The notes under the pieces were generated by a model. That model was not told where the DNA came from. It saw nothing but the letters and a program-made list of their open reading frames with translations, and did no database searches. The position numbers and the translations under genes are program-made. Of a stretch of DNA of 57,339 nucleotides, positions 39,901-49,515 are shown in pieces; position 1 is the stretch's first letter, and every line of letters starts with the position of its first letter. The stretch is from an uncultured beta proteobacterium (GTDB lineage: Bacteria > Pseudomonadota > Gammaproteobacteria > Burkholderiales > Burkholderiaceae_C): contig CAIQYP010000535.1 of assembly GCA_903876045.1 (NCBI GenBank), positions 1 through 57,339 on the forward strand, in the 5' to 3' direction.

Positions 39901-40841
39901 CCACTCGACTTCAGGACAACCTTGCCACCTTCAAGTGTTGCCGTAGTGGCCTGAATCAACCCGCTGTGCTTGAGCGTGCCGGCAAAAATGCCCACGGCAT
40001 CGCCCTTGAGCGTGCCCAGGTTCACCGCACTGTCGGTGGGCGCCTGCACTTGCATGACGATGCCTTCAAGCCCGCGCCCGGTGATCTCGATTTGCTGGCC
40101 TGCAGCCAGAATGGTGCTGCCATTGGGTGCCTGCACCAAGGCGCTGCTGCCGGTGTCCACACTGGAGCCCATGAGCACCACATCGCCCCAGCGCCCTAGC
40201 ACATTGCCCTGCACTGAAACACCTCCGCCAGCAGAGGTGCCGTCACCAAAACGCAAGCGACCGGCCATGGCATCGGCATCGCTCATGCGCAGCGCCGAAG
40301 CAGTAAAGCCTGCGGTGTCCACCACCGCACCCGCACCAACGGTAATGCCGGATTGATTAACCAGCACCAGATTGCCATTGCTGCCCAGCGTGCCAAATAT
40401 CTGCGACGGTGTGTTGGTGACAACCCGGTTAATGGACGTGCTGCTGGCGTTGGGTTGCTGGAAGTAAGTGGTGCTGCCAGAGGGAACGGAGAAACTTTGC
40501 CAATTGATGGCCGAGTGGTTCAGGCCTGCTCCGTTTTGCGTAGTGACCAGCAGGTTGTTGCCATTGGCTGTGAAACTGGCTTGGCCCTGAACGACGACAC
40601 CGCCTGTCGGGTTGGCCATTACAAGGGTGGGCGTTGCACCCCATGCCAACGCGAGGGCCACTGAGAACACGGCGGTTCTCAAATGCAACGGGGGATTGGT
40701 ATGCGCTGCACCGGCGCAAATGCCGGACTGGCTGCCCGACTTGCCTCGTGTTGTGGAAATCTCGGCAATGGCCACCATGGCGCCAAGCGCCTGATTCCAG
40801 ACCGTGCGATAAATATGATTCAGCGAACCACTAGATCCCAT
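36903..40841 (-). CDS. TpsA filamentous haemagglutinin-like (HMW1-type) exoprotein
   Basis: ESPR (NHIYRTVWN), TPS domain INWQSFSV..F.QP..NRV..SNGNLVLVNQSGI, GGFVETSG, WLLDP; S/T/G/N-rich beta-helix-like body. Confidence 0.93.
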   Translation of the reverse strand: MGSSGSLNHIYRTVWNQALGAMVAIAEISTTRGKSGSQSGICAGAAHTNPPLHLRTAVFSVALALAWGATPTLVMANPTGGVVVQGQASFTANGNNLLVTTQNGAGLNHSAINWQSFSVPSGSTTYFQQPNASSTSINRVVTNTPSQIFGTLGSNGNLVLVNQSGITVGAGAVVDTAGFTASALRMSDADAMAGRLRFGDGTSAGGGVSVQGNVLGRWGDVVLMGSSVDTGSSALVQAPNGSTILAAGQQIEITGRGLEGIVMQVQAPTDSAVNLGTLKGDAVGIFAGTLKHSGLIQATTATLEGGKVVLKSSGDAYVQGSGKIDVSSATGKGGQIEVLGNRVAVMDSAVLDASGASGGGTVLVGGEKQGKNPEIQNSTVTYFGPQASIKADATVNGDGGRAIVWGTTATAAFGTISAKGGALGGDGGFVETSGSHLDVNGIRVDASAVNGGKPGTWLLDPTDIQITSANQFFTSSTATGVQTFFSNALNTTGTASSISVGTIATALASFDVIVDTSLASPGTGSQTGNILVSGTSLSVPNSQHKLTLNANGNIDIFVGIDLVSGGGIGDLALNAPNGNVTLGSFSNINVRNLLSSAINFSQTDTAVTTGSAPSITATLLNVQGGTVSLGAPAGSTVTAGSVTGNLSGSLSLINTGSFFINGNLAVGALNLTSTLGSITETSAGTITVTGATIVNAAGTIDLTAGLSGLSGITNNFNSFSGQGTNVWINDVNSLTFSGPTTASLGTVKAFAGGSITLPVSSNMSGYGGVILQSANAVNLASSVTATSGDIVVATGTGLSNTVGSAVFSSSGRWLVYSSSLANNSFGGLISDQLPLWGRTYTINQPVTEAGNRYLFSTVPSLSVSLTNGNIVKTYGTAAVAPGFVITGLVDAALYGNVFTQETYTSALSAISNGFAVNAPVLGSPYAVTYSGTLTAPTGYGPNVLSAATGTVTVNPLTVAWTGGAGTGLWSSSGNWSSSYVPDGVNVLLPQSLSVTNAIYDLTVPTSIQSINATGSFTLQSGALTVNGDLITPSYIQTGGALTGTGALTVTNSFSQSAGSIAMTGPVSITQASGNLVAGSISGSSISLQAVNGAISQTAPLVTAGLLKVSAANGVMLTDTGNAISAFNASTTGTGDISLYNNGALDVQGITLANGNLSIETHSPITVSGGVTASGNIVLAALTKNLTSNITLNGSMTSTGGGISIQSYNNFIQNSRLSAALGIDVSTIAGSLTFGPGAYSIGNPVTYSVNGVSYMPPWIAATLSGGATDFVVAFLDQFQAVLDAQQVASIDDPLGLAQRGLEGIVVEGEICKP

Positions 40842-41043
40842 CTGAACACCCCGCTAACTGTATTTTCTACAAATGCTATGGAGCAAAAGCAGCAAGCCCC
40901 GCCTGAAACTGGTCCAGCGACACCATAACTGGCTCGGAGCACAGGTCTCAAGCGCGCATTACAGCATATTGTCAACTCCGAGGGGCAGCGTTTTGCGATG
41001 CAATTAAGCGGAAATCAACGGTCATTTCCCGGGTTAGGCTTAA

Positions 41044-42801
41044 TCAAGCTCGCTTGGTCAGGTGCGCCTGCAATTCGGTTGCAGTGTTGATGTTGCGAGT
41101 CATCAAGTGGTTTTTGGTGGCCTCCTCACTGGAGGCAACGAACGTGTCGTTAGGATCGTGGGAAAACATCAGCTTGAAGTCAAAGTTGCAGTCGTAGCCT
41201 ACGTGCGGCGCGTGCGCTTCTCTCCAGACCTTGTTCAAATAGTGGTAGGTCCAATTGGTCACCGGAGGCCACTCGTGCGTGGGGTCGCCGTAGGCGGACT
41301 CGTGGCTCCAGTGCGGGGTGATGATTTGCGCCGTGGCCCCAAACGCCATCACCCGGTACAACTCGTTGAAAAACCCGATGCGCTGCCTGCCTGTGAGGTG
41401 TTCCAGAAAGTGGCGGGCATGCACCTCGAGCACCGAACCATCTTGCCAGGGCCAGACGGCGTCGCGCAGATCGAGCACCACGTCCACGCCGTCAAAGGCA
41501 TGTGCATCCACGCCCAGAAAACCTTCCTTCTTGCGCTTGCCGCAGCCCAGATCCAGTCGCAGCCCAGCACGCGTTGGCAGCAGTGACGGCGCAGGGTGTC
41601 GACCCAGTAAGGATTGCAATGTGTGCCGCACAAAACCGGCTGCATCCAATGACTCGGGGGACGGACATTGGGCTTGCATTGCCACGGAGTGTGCACGCAG
41701 CCCGGGTGTGGAATGCATGGCGGAAATCTCACTGGCGTAGCCAGCCTGGTCCTGATACGCCATCACAGCGCAGCCTTGCTCGACCAATCGCAACGCGGTA
41801 AACAAGTGCTCCTGGTGCCGAGGAATCAGCAACTGCGGTACACCGGCCTGCACAAAACTTGCCACGGTGTTGTGGTTGCCATGGTTGATGACCCACGCTG
41901 CCTGACCCGCCACGCTGTCCAGGTCAACCCGCTCGTCGATGAACTGCATCTGCGCGCTGTTATAGCGCTCGCGCATTTCGACCGGCAGACCACGCACATA
42001 GAGCAGTGCACATACCCCTGCCGCCCGCAGGTCGCGTAGGAACGGCTCCAGTGAGGGCATAGCGTGCAAATAGGCAAACACCTTTTTGCCACTGCCTTCG
42101 GGCCACCGCGCTTCAGGTAGGGCATGTGGCGTCTGGGCCCCCAGGTAGCGATGCCCAGGTCGCTCACCGAAGTGGTCAATCGCTGGTAGCGTCATCAGGA
42201 AACGTTCATCAACCTGACCGTAGACTTCATGCAAGGTGTCGAAGCCGGCAGTACCCAATCGCTGCAAGGCACCATTGATGACCTGGAGCAGCACCTGATC
42301 GTCCGAGCGCAGACCATCCCGGACCTGGGCCGTTTTCGAGGTCGTAACAAAGGGTGCGAACGGATCGGTGAGGTTCTGGGGCAAAGGCGGAATGAAAAAC
42401 CCGTTGCCCACGACGATCTTCCTGAAAGCGTAGCCACGGGCCGCGACAAGCGCCGTAGGGCTGTGCTCAAACAGCACCAGATCAGGCTGAACCAGATCAA
42501 AAATGGCACGCCAGGCTTGCACCAAGCTCTGCAACTCGTCCACGCCGGAAAAACACTGGCGCACGATCATGTGGGTATAGCTGGGAAAGGCCGACTGGTC
42601 GGCCGTCATCACGTCCTGCTTGAAAGGCGCCTGCAGGTAGCGCACCGGCAAATCACCTAACACCTCGCGCACACAGCTTAGTTCGCGTGCGACTAGAAAA
42701 ACCTCGTGCCCGAGTTGCAATGCCTGCTCTATAGGCAGGCGCAGGTGGCTTAAATGCCCTAAGTCCGACCCCAACTCCCAGGTGCACAGAATGCGGGCCA
42801 C
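41044..42801 (-). CDS. GT-B glycosyltransferase fused to a class I SAM methyltransferase
   Basis: N-terminal WELGSDLGHL and INHGNHNTV...GVPQLLIP.HQE (GT1/GT28-like); C-terminal LDLGCG, HFLEHL, ELYRVM, DPTH; GTG 42801 with AGGA RBS. Confidence 0.85.
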   Translation of the reverse strand: MARILCTWELGSDLGHLSHLRLPIEQALQLGHEVFLVARELSCVREVLGDLPVRYLQAPFKQDVMTADQSAFPSYTHMIVRQCFSGVDELQSLVQAWRAIFDLVQPDLVLFEHSPTALVAARGYAFRKIVVGNGFFIPPLPQNLTDPFAPFVTTSKTAQVRDGLRSDDQVLLQVINGALQRLGTAGFDTLHEVYGQVDERFLMTLPAIDHFGERPGHRYLGAQTPHALPEARWPEGSGKKVFAYLHAMPSLEPFLRDLRAAGVCALLYVRGLPVEMRERYNSAQMQFIDERVDLDSVAGQAAWVINHGNHNTVASFVQAGVPQLLIPRHQEHLFTALRLVEQGCAVMAYQDQAGYASEISAMHSTPGLRAHSVAMQAQCPSPESLDAAGFVRHTLQSLLGRHPAPSLLPTRAGLRLDLGCGKRKKEGFLGVDAHAFDGVDVVLDLRDAVWPWQDGSVLEVHARHFLEHLTGRQRIGFFNELYRVMAFGATAQIITPHWSHESAYGDPTHEWPPVTNWTYHYLNKVWREAHAPHVGYDCNFDFKLMFSHDPNDTFVASSEEATKNHLMTRNINTATELQAHLTKRA

Positions 42802-42814
42802 GGTGCTGGTCCTG

Positions 42815-45800
42815 CTACACCAGCACCCGCTCAATACCCCCGGCATTGGCCTTGTGCACGTATTCAGGCAACCAGTCTTTACCCAAAATCAGATTAGCCA
42901 TTTCGACCACCACGTAGTCGGCTTCGAGCAGGCCGTTGTTCAGGTCGTTACCGTAGCGCGTCAGGCCTTGCAAACAGCTTGGGCAACTGGTGAGAATTTT
43001 CAGATTGCCCTTGGCTGGCGGTGCGCCCTCCACTGCCGTCAGTGCGCGCAATTCGACTTCGCCTTTGCGCAATTCTTCTTCTTTGCGGAAACGGATTTGC
43101 GTGGAGATGTCGGGGCGGTTCACACCCAGCGTGCCGGACTCGCCGCAGCAGCGATCGCTTTTCAGCACCGCATCACCCACCAGGGCTTTGACGGTCTTCA
43201 TCGGGTCTTGCAACTTCATCGGGCTGTGGCAGGGGTCGTGGAACAAATAGCCGGCGCCCGCGCCGCCTTCGGGCACCAGGGTGATGCCCTTCTCGAGCAG
43301 GTATTCGTGGATGTCGATGATGCGGCAGCCCGGGAAAATTTTATCGAACTCGTAGCCCTGCAACTGGTCGTAGCAGGTGCCGCAGCTCACTACGACGGTC
43401 TTGATGTCGAGGTAGTTGAGCGTGTTGGCCACGCGGTGAAACAGCACGCGGTTGTCGGTGATGATCTTCTCGGCTTTGTCAGCCTGACCGCTGCCGCGCT
43501 GCGGATAACCGCAGCACAGGTAGCCGGGCGGCAGCACGGTTTGCACACCGGCGTGCCAGAGCATGGCCTGTGTGGCCAGCCCCACCTGGCTGAACAGACG
43601 CTCGGAACCGCAACCGGGAAAGTAAAACACTGCCTCGGTCTCAGACGTTGTTGCCACCGGGTCGCGGATGATGGGCACGTAATCCCCATCTTCGATATCC
43701 AGCAGGGCGCGCGCCGTTTTCTTGGGCAGGCCGCCGGGCATCTTCTTGTTGATGAAGTGAATCACCTGCTCCTTGATAGGCGCGGTGCCCACCGTGGCGG
43801 GTGGCTTGTTGGTCTGGGCTCTGGCGGCCAGACGCAGCACCTGGTTGGCCAGCCGCTGCAGCTTAAAGCCAACGCCCACCATGCCGGCACGCATCAGCTT
43901 GATGGTCTGCGGGTTGGTGGCGTTGAGGAACAACATGGCGACAAAGCCTCCCGGGCGGAAGCTCTTGCGTCCCATTTTGCGCAGCAGGTTGCGCATATTC
44001 ATGGTGACATCGCCAAAGTCGATCTTCACGGGACACGGCGATTCGCATTTGTGGCACACCGTGCAGTGGTCGGCCACGTCTTCAAACTCTTCCCAATGCC
44101 GGATGCTGATGCCGCGCCGCGTTTGCTCTTCGTAAAGGAAGGCTTCCACCAATAGCGAGGTCGCCAGAATCTTGTTGCGCGGGCTGTACAGCAGGTTGGC
44201 GCGCGGCACGTGTGTCGCGCATACCGGTTTGCACTTACCGCAGCGCAGGCAGTCTTTCACCGAGTCGGCAATGGCTCCGATATCGCTTTGCTGCATGATC
44301 AGCGACTCGTGGCCCATCAGTCCGAAAGACGGCGTGTAGGCGTTGGTCAAATCCGCCTTGTGGGCAACATTGCGCATGAGCTTGCCTTTGTTAAAGCGCC
44401 CCTCCGGATCAACCTTGGCCTTGTAGGCGGTGAAAGGAGCCAACTCGGCATCGCTCAAAAACTCCAGCTTGGTAATGCCAATGCCGTGCTCGCCCGAGAT
44501 CACACCGTCCAGCGAGCGTGCCAGCGCCATGATGCGTTTGACCGCGCCGTGGGCGGCTTGAAGCATGTCGTAATCGTCACTGTTGACGGGAATGTTGGTG
44601 TGCACATTGCCGTCACCGGCATGCATGTGCAGCGCCACCCACACGCGACCCTTCAGCACACGCTGGTGGATGGCGGCGCATTCCTTCAGCACCGCTTCAA
44701 AGGCGCCGCCGGTGAAGATGCCTTGCAGGGGCGCGCGAATCTGTGTCTTCCAACTGGCGCGCAGGCTGTGCCCCTGCAGTTGCGCAAACAGCGGTTCGAC
44801 GTCGTCGAGCCAACCCTGCCACTGCGCACGCACTTCGGCCACCAGTGCAATCGCCTGATCCACACGCTCCTGCAATAGCTCGGGCGCCGGCACATCGCTG
44901 GCGTCATCGGCTTTGCCCAAGGGCAGATTGCCCTGGCTCAAAAATTCATGCAGCGCGTCGCACAGCGCCAGCTTGTTGCGCAGGCTCAGTTCAATATTGA
45001 TGCGCTCGATGCCGTCGGTGTACTCGGCCATGCGCGGCAGCGGGATGACCACGTCTTCGTTGATCTTGAAGGCGTTGGTGTGGCGACTAATCGCCGCCGT
45101 CTTCTTGCGGTCCAACCAAAACTTTTTGCGCGCTTCCGGGCTGATGGCAATAAAGCCTTCGCCACAGCGCGAGTTGGCAATGCGCACCACTTCGGAGGTG
45201 GCTCGGGCCACGGCGTCGGCGTCATCCCCGGCAATGTCGCCAAACAGCGCCATTTTGGGCAGGCCGCCGCGTTTGGATTTGGTGGCATATCCCACCGCTT
45301 TCAGGTAGCGGTCGTCCAGATGCTCCAGGCCGGCCAGCAAAACGCCACTACGCTTTTGCTCAGCAAACATGAAATCTTTAATTTCCACAATGCTGGGCAC
45401 GGCATCGCGGGCGTCACCAAAAAACTCCAGGCAGACGGTGCGGGTGTGCTGCGGCATACGGTGCACCACCCAGCGCGCGCTGGTGATCAAGCCGTCGCAA
45501 CCCTCTTTCTGGATGCCGGGCAGGCCGCTTAAAAACTTGTCGGTAACGTCTTTGCCCAGGCCTTCTTTGCGAAAGCTCTTGCCCGGGATGTCAAGGCGCT
45601 CGGTGCGGATCGGCGTCTTGCCGTCGGCTTTGAAATACTGCAACTCAAAGCTGGCCACTTCCACGTCATGGATCTTGCCCATGTTGTGGTTGAGTCGGGT
45701 GACCTCCAGCCATTCGGCTTGCGGCGTCACCATGCGCCAACTGGCCAGGTTGTCCAGCGCAGTGCCCCAAAGCACGGCCTTTTTGCCACCGGCATTCATG

Positions 45801-46717
45801 GCGATGTTGCCGCCAATGCAGCTGGCTTCGGCCGATGTCGGATCTACCGCAAACACAAAACCCGCACGCTCGGCTGCGTCGGCCACACGTTGTGTCACCA
45901 CACCGGCCTCGCTCCAGACCGTGGCCACTTCACGGTCCAGACCGGGAAGGCGCAGCATTTGCACTTCGGTCATGGCTTCGAGCTTTTCGGTGTTGATGAC
46001 CGCGCTCTTCCAGGTCAGCGGCACAGCACCGCCGGTATAGCCGGTGCCGCCGCCACGCGGGATGATGGTCAGACCCAACTCGATACAACCTTTGACCAGG
46101 CCAGCCATCTCTTCTTCCGAATCGGGCGTCAGCACTACAAACGGGTATTCCACGCGCCAATCGGTGGCGTCGGTGACATGGCTCACGCGCGACAGGCCGT
46201 CGAACTTGATGTTGTCTTTGGCAGTGACTCTGTTCAGTTGGCGTTGGGTCTTGCGACGCAAGGCTGCTACTTTTTCAAAGCTGGCGTTAAATTGCTCTAC
46301 GGCAGAACGGGCAGCCGTCAGCAACTGGCCAACCATGGCATCGCGCTCTGGTTCGGCATCGGGCGTGCGGCGCTTGCCGACTTCACCCAGGCGGTGATTC
46401 AACGCATCAACCAACAGGCCTCGGCGCTTGGGGTTGTCCAGCAAATCGTCCTGCAAGTAGGGGTTGCGCTGCACCACCCAGATATCACCCAGCACCTCGT
46501 ACAGCATACGGGCCGAGCGACCGGTGCGGCGCTCTTCGCGCAACAGGTTCAGCGTTTGCCAAGCCGGTGCGCCCAATAATCGGATAACGATTTCGCGGTC
46601 GGAAAACGAGGTGTAGTTGTAGGGAATCTCGCGAATGCGCTCATGCGGATGCTCGCCTGCGGGGTAGGCGACCGGGTCGGCGCTCTTGAGATGCGTGAAT
46701 AAGGTGGGTGCGTTCAT
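42815..46717 (-). CDS. Large FAD-linked oxidoreductase (DUF3683 + FAD-binding + 4Fe-4S + CCG domains)
   Basis: [60 protein letters not shown] motifs. Confidence 0.92.
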   Translation of the reverse strand: MNAPTLFTHLKSADPVAYPAGEHPHERIREIPYNYTSFSDREIVIRLLGAPAWQTLNLLREERRTGRSARMLYEVLGDIWVVQRNPYLQDDLLDNPKRRGLLVDALNHRLGEVGKRRTPDAEPERDAMVGQLLTAARSAVEQFNASFEKVAALRRKTQRQLNRVTAKDNIKFDGLSRVSHVTDATDWRVEYPFVVLTPDSEEEMAGLVKGCIELGLTIIPRGGGTGYTGGAVPLTWKSAVINTEKLEAMTEVQMLRLPGLDREVATVWSEAGVVTQRVADAAERAGFVFAVDPTSAEASCIGGNIAMNAGGKKAVLWGTALDNLASWRMVTPQAEWLEVTRLNHNMGKIHDVEVASFELQYFKADGKTPIRTERLDIPGKSFRKEGLGKDVTDKFLSGLPGIQKEGCDGLITSARWVVHRMPQHTRTVCLEFFGDARDAVPSIVEIKDFMFAEQKRSGVLLAGLEHLDDRYLKAVGYATKSKRGGLPKMALFGDIAGDDADAVARATSEVVRIANSRCGEGFIAISPEARKKFWLDRKKTAAISRHTNAFKINEDVVIPLPRMAEYTDGIERINIELSLRNKLALCDALHEFLSQGNLPLGKADDASDVPAPELLQERVDQAIALVAEVRAQWQGWLDDVEPLFAQLQGHSLRASWKTQIRAPLQGIFTGGAFEAVLKECAAIHQRVLKGRVWVALHMHAGDGNVHTNIPVNSDDYDMLQAAHGAVKRIMALARSLDGVISGEHGIGITKLEFLSDAELAPFTAYKAKVDPEGRFNKGKLMRNVAHKADLTNAYTPSFGLMGHESLIMQQSDIGAIADSVKDCLRCGKCKPVCATHVPRANLLYSPRNKILATSLLVEAFLYEEQTRRGISIRHWEEFEDVADHCTVCHKCESPCPVKIDFGDVTMNMRNLLRKMGRKSFRPGGFVAMLFLNATNPQTIKLMRAGMVGVGFKLQRLANQVLRLAARAQTNKPPATVGTAPIKEQVIHFINKKMPGGLPKKTARALLDIEDGDYVPIIRDPVATTSETEAVFYFPGCGSERLFSQVGLATQAMLWHAGVQTVLPPGYLCCGYPQRGSGQADKAEKIITDNRVLFHRVANTLNYLDIKTVVVSCGTCYDQLQGYEFDKIFPGCRIIDIHEYLLEKGITLVPEGGAGAGYLFHDPCHSPMKLQDPMKTVKALVGDAVLKSDRCCGESGTLGVNRPDISTQIRFRKEEELRKGEVELRALTAVEGAPPAKGNLKILTSCPSCLQGLTRYGNDLNNGLLEADYVVVEMANLILGKDWLPEYVHKANAGGIERVLV

Positions 46718-46929
46718 CGGTTTGGTGTGACAACCGAGGGGGCTGAAGTGACTGTCCCCAAGGCTGATTTAGCAGACCCGCGATGGTACCGCAGTGCAGC
46801 AATGCGACCCGCTCTGTCTTGCAAAGGCCATGCCGCTGGTGCTGTCAGGGGGGTCGTAGCCTGCAGCACAATGTGCGCAATAGATTCACCGCATTGAAAA
46901 TGCGCCAATGCTGCCCTACTGGAGCCCGA

Positions 46930-47724
46930 ATGAAGTCAACACCTCTTCCCGCATGGCCCTACCCGCGCTGGCTTGCCCACCGCGGCGCTGGCAAACTGGC
47001 CCCCGAAAACACCCTGGCCGCCTTCCGCCTGGGCGCCAGCCATGGCTACCGCATGTTTGAGTGCGATGTAAAGCTCAGCGCCGATGGCGTGCCCTTCCTG
47101 ATGCACGACGCCGAACTGGGCCGCACCACAAACGCGGCTGAAAAGCTGGGCTCAGGTAGCGATGGGGTCAGCGATATCGGTGGTGACCACCCTTGGAGCG
47201 TGCTCGCGCAACTAGACGCGGGAAGCTGGCATTCACGCGCCTTTGCAGGTGAGCCACTGCCCACTTTCGAATCGATTGCGCGATATTGCATTCGCAACGG
47301 CCACTTTCTGAACATCGAAATCAAGCCCACACCGGGCACCGAACTTTTCACGGGCGCGGTGGTGGCCCAGCATGCCGCCCGACTGTGGCAGGGTGTGGCA
47401 GTGCCACCGCTTCTGACATCCTTTGACATCCCGGCATTGGAAGGTGCGTTGACCGCTAGGCCCGAGCTGCCACGCGGCTTGCTGATCGACGCGCTGGAAG
47501 GTAAGCCCTGGTCGGACTGGCTAGGCAAAGCACAGGCGCTGCAATGCCAGGCCATTGTCTGTAACCATGCACTCTGGAATACGGATACCGTGGCGCAAGC
47601 CAAGGCTGCAGGGTTCAGAACACTGAGCTACACCGTGAACGACGCAAACGAAGCGCAGCGCCTAATTACGTTGGGAACGGACGCGGTGATTACCGACCGG
47701 GTGGATTTGTTCAGGCCGGCATGA
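46930..47724 (+). CDS. ugpQ: Glycerophosphodiester phosphodiesterase
   Basis: AHRGAG..APENTLAAF, ECDVKLSADG, HD, NIEIKP, YTVN, ITD; GGAG RBS. Confidence 0.9.
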   Translation: MKSTPLPAWPYPRWLAHRGAGKLAPENTLAAFRLGASHGYRMFECDVKLSADGVPFLMHDAELGRTTNAAEKLGSGSDGVSDIGGDHPWSVLAQLDAGSWHSRAFAGEPLPTFESIARYCIRNGHFLNIEIKPTPGTELFTGAVVAQHAARLWQGVAVPPLLTSFDIPALEGALTARPELPRGLLIDALEGKPWSDWLGKAQALQCQAIVCNHALWNTDTVAQAKAAGFRTLSYTVNDANEAQRLITLGTDAVITDRVDLFRPA

Positions 47725-47742
47725 CGCAAGCCCACAATCGGT

Positions 47743-48021
47743 TCAACCGCGCCAAGCCTTGGCGGCAAACCACTGGCAACTGGCACAGGCAATGACCATG
47801 GCGGCGTAAGTCTCCATCTTGCCGTCGTGGCCGAAAACCACCAGCCCGCCCAGCAGAACGAGCGCGCAAGCTACGGTATTTATAGCGCTTTGGGTGAGCC
47901 AGCTATGATTGGGACGTGCTTTTTTCATGAGCGTCGGCGCCAGGGCTGCAACTAAAAGGCCAACGGCAATCGCAGGTGCAATGAAATTCAGCAGGTGGCC
48001 TAACTGGCTAATGAGATTCAT
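47743..48021 (-). CDS. Small membrane protein of unknown function
   Basis: HLLNFIAPA, three hydrophobic segments, FGHDGKMETYAAMV; divergent from hemA. Confidence 0.7.
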   Translation of the reverse strand: MNLISQLGHLLNFIAPAIAVGLLVAALAPTLMKKARPNHSWLTQSAINTVACALVLLGGLVVFGHDGKMETYAAMVIACASCQWFAAKAWRG

Positions 48022-48099
48022 GGGTGGGGCGGTGGCCTGCAAAAAAGCGGGCATGTTTGAAAGAGAATTGATCGGGATTTTATAATCCTCGTTATACGT

Positions 48100-49359
48100 A
48101 TGGCAGTCTGGGCATTAGGAATCAACCACACCACCGCGCCGCTGGACATGCGCGGACGGTTTGCGTTCGCCATGGACAAGATTGAGCCCCACCTGCAGGC
48201 CTTGCGCCTGGCGCTGGACCGCAACCCGGAAGCTGCCATCGTTTCCACCTGCAACCGTACCGAAATTTACTGCGCTGGCGATGAGTCCGCGCTAGAAAAG
48301 ACACTGGCCTGGTTGGCACAAAGTGGCGGCGTCTCGGCGCACGAACTACGCTCCCACACCTACCACCTCGAAGGCGATGAAGCTGCACGCCATGCCTTCC
48401 GCGTGGCCAGCGGTTTGGATTCCATGGTGCTGGGCGAGCCGCAAATTCTGGGACAAATCAAGGACGCTGTACGCGCAGCAGAAGCCGCTGGTGCCTTGGG
48501 TACCACGCTATCTCAGATGTTCCAGCGCTCCTTTGCCGTGGCTAAAGAGGTTCGCACTTCGACTGAAATCGGCGCCCACTCCATCAGCATGGCCGCCGCA
48601 GCCGTGCGTTTGTCTTCGCAGTTGTTTGAAGACCTGGCCCAGGTCAAGGTGCTGTTTGTCGGCGCGGGCGAAATGATTGAGTTGTGCGCCACCCACTTTG
48701 CTGCCAAAAACCCGAAATCGATTGCCATTGCCAACCGCACTTTTGAGCGTGGCGAAAAACTCGCTGTGCGTTTTGGCGCCGAAGTCATGCGCCTGTCGGA
48801 TCTGCCTGACCGGCTGCACGAGTTCGACGCCGTCATTAGTTGCACTGCCAGCACCCTGCCCATCATCGGATTGGGCGCTGTGGAACGCGCGCTGAAGAAG
48901 CGCCGCCGTCGGCCCATGTTTATGGTCGATCTGGCCGTGCCGCGCGACATCGAGCCCGAAGTCAAAGCGCTGGGCGATGTGTACCTGTACACCGTGGACG
49001 ATCTGGCCAGCGTGGTGCAAACCGCGCAAGCCAGCCGCCAGGCCGCCGTCGCCCAGGCGGAGGCGATTGTGGATGCCGGAGTGCAGAGCTTTATGCATTG
49101 GATCGAGCAGCGCAATACAGTGCCGCTGATCCAACAACTCAATGCCCAGGCTGACCAATGGCGCGCCGCCGAGGTGGCGCGCGCGCGCAAGATGCTGGCT
49201 CGCGACGGCGATGTCGACGCCGCCCTGGAAGCCCTGGCTAGGGGCCTGACACAAAAGATGCTGCACGGCGCCATGGCGGAGCTGCGCAACAGCGACGTGC
49301 AGGCGCGTGAACGGGCGACCAGCGCGATTCAGCACTTTTTCCTGCGCAACGAAAAGTGA
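48100..49359 (+). CDS. hemA: Glutamyl-tRNA reductase
   Basis: [41 protein letters not shown]. Confidence 0.97.
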   Translation: MAVWALGINHTTAPLDMRGRFAFAMDKIEPHLQALRLALDRNPEAAIVSTCNRTEIYCAGDESALEKTLAWLAQSGGVSAHELRSHTYHLEGDEAARHAFRVASGLDSMVLGEPQILGQIKDAVRAAEAAGALGTTLSQMFQRSFAVAKEVRTSTEIGAHSISMAAAAVRLSSQLFEDLAQVKVLFVGAGEMIELCATHFAAKNPKSIAIANRTFERGEKLAVRFGAEVMRLSDLPDRLHEFDAVISCTASTLPIIGLGAVERALKKRRRRPMFMVDLAVPRDIEPEVKALGDVYLYTVDDLASVVQTAQASRQAAVAQAEAIVDAGVQSFMHWIEQRNTVPLIQQLNAQADQWRAAEVARARKMLARDGDVDAALEALARGLTQKMLHGAMAELRNSDVQARERATSAIQHFFLRNEK

Positions 49360-49515
49360 TGCTACAAGCACGCTCTTGCACTGCGTGTGGCTCTATGCAC
49401 ACCCAATTGATAAGCCGAGGCGGCCCCTCGCTGCATTTCTAGCGGCGCTGTCCAGCCGCCGCCACTGTCCTTTTTTCCTGGGCAGTTTTCTTGTTCCCCT
49501 TGCCTCGCTTGCCCC

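Noticed and set aside
36903-40841. TpsA as a CdiA contact-dependent toxin
   Set aside because: Only 1312 aa, no VENN/ELYN-type pretoxin motif, no toxin-like C-terminus and no small immunity gene
40930-40980. TTGACA on the minus strand upstream of tpsA as a sigma70 promoter
   Set aside because: No -10 hexamer at 16-18 bp spacing; cannot be supported
42782-44155. 457-aa plus-strand ORF
   Set aside because: Antisense shadow of the FAD oxidoreductase produced by high-GC codon bias; no recognisable motifs
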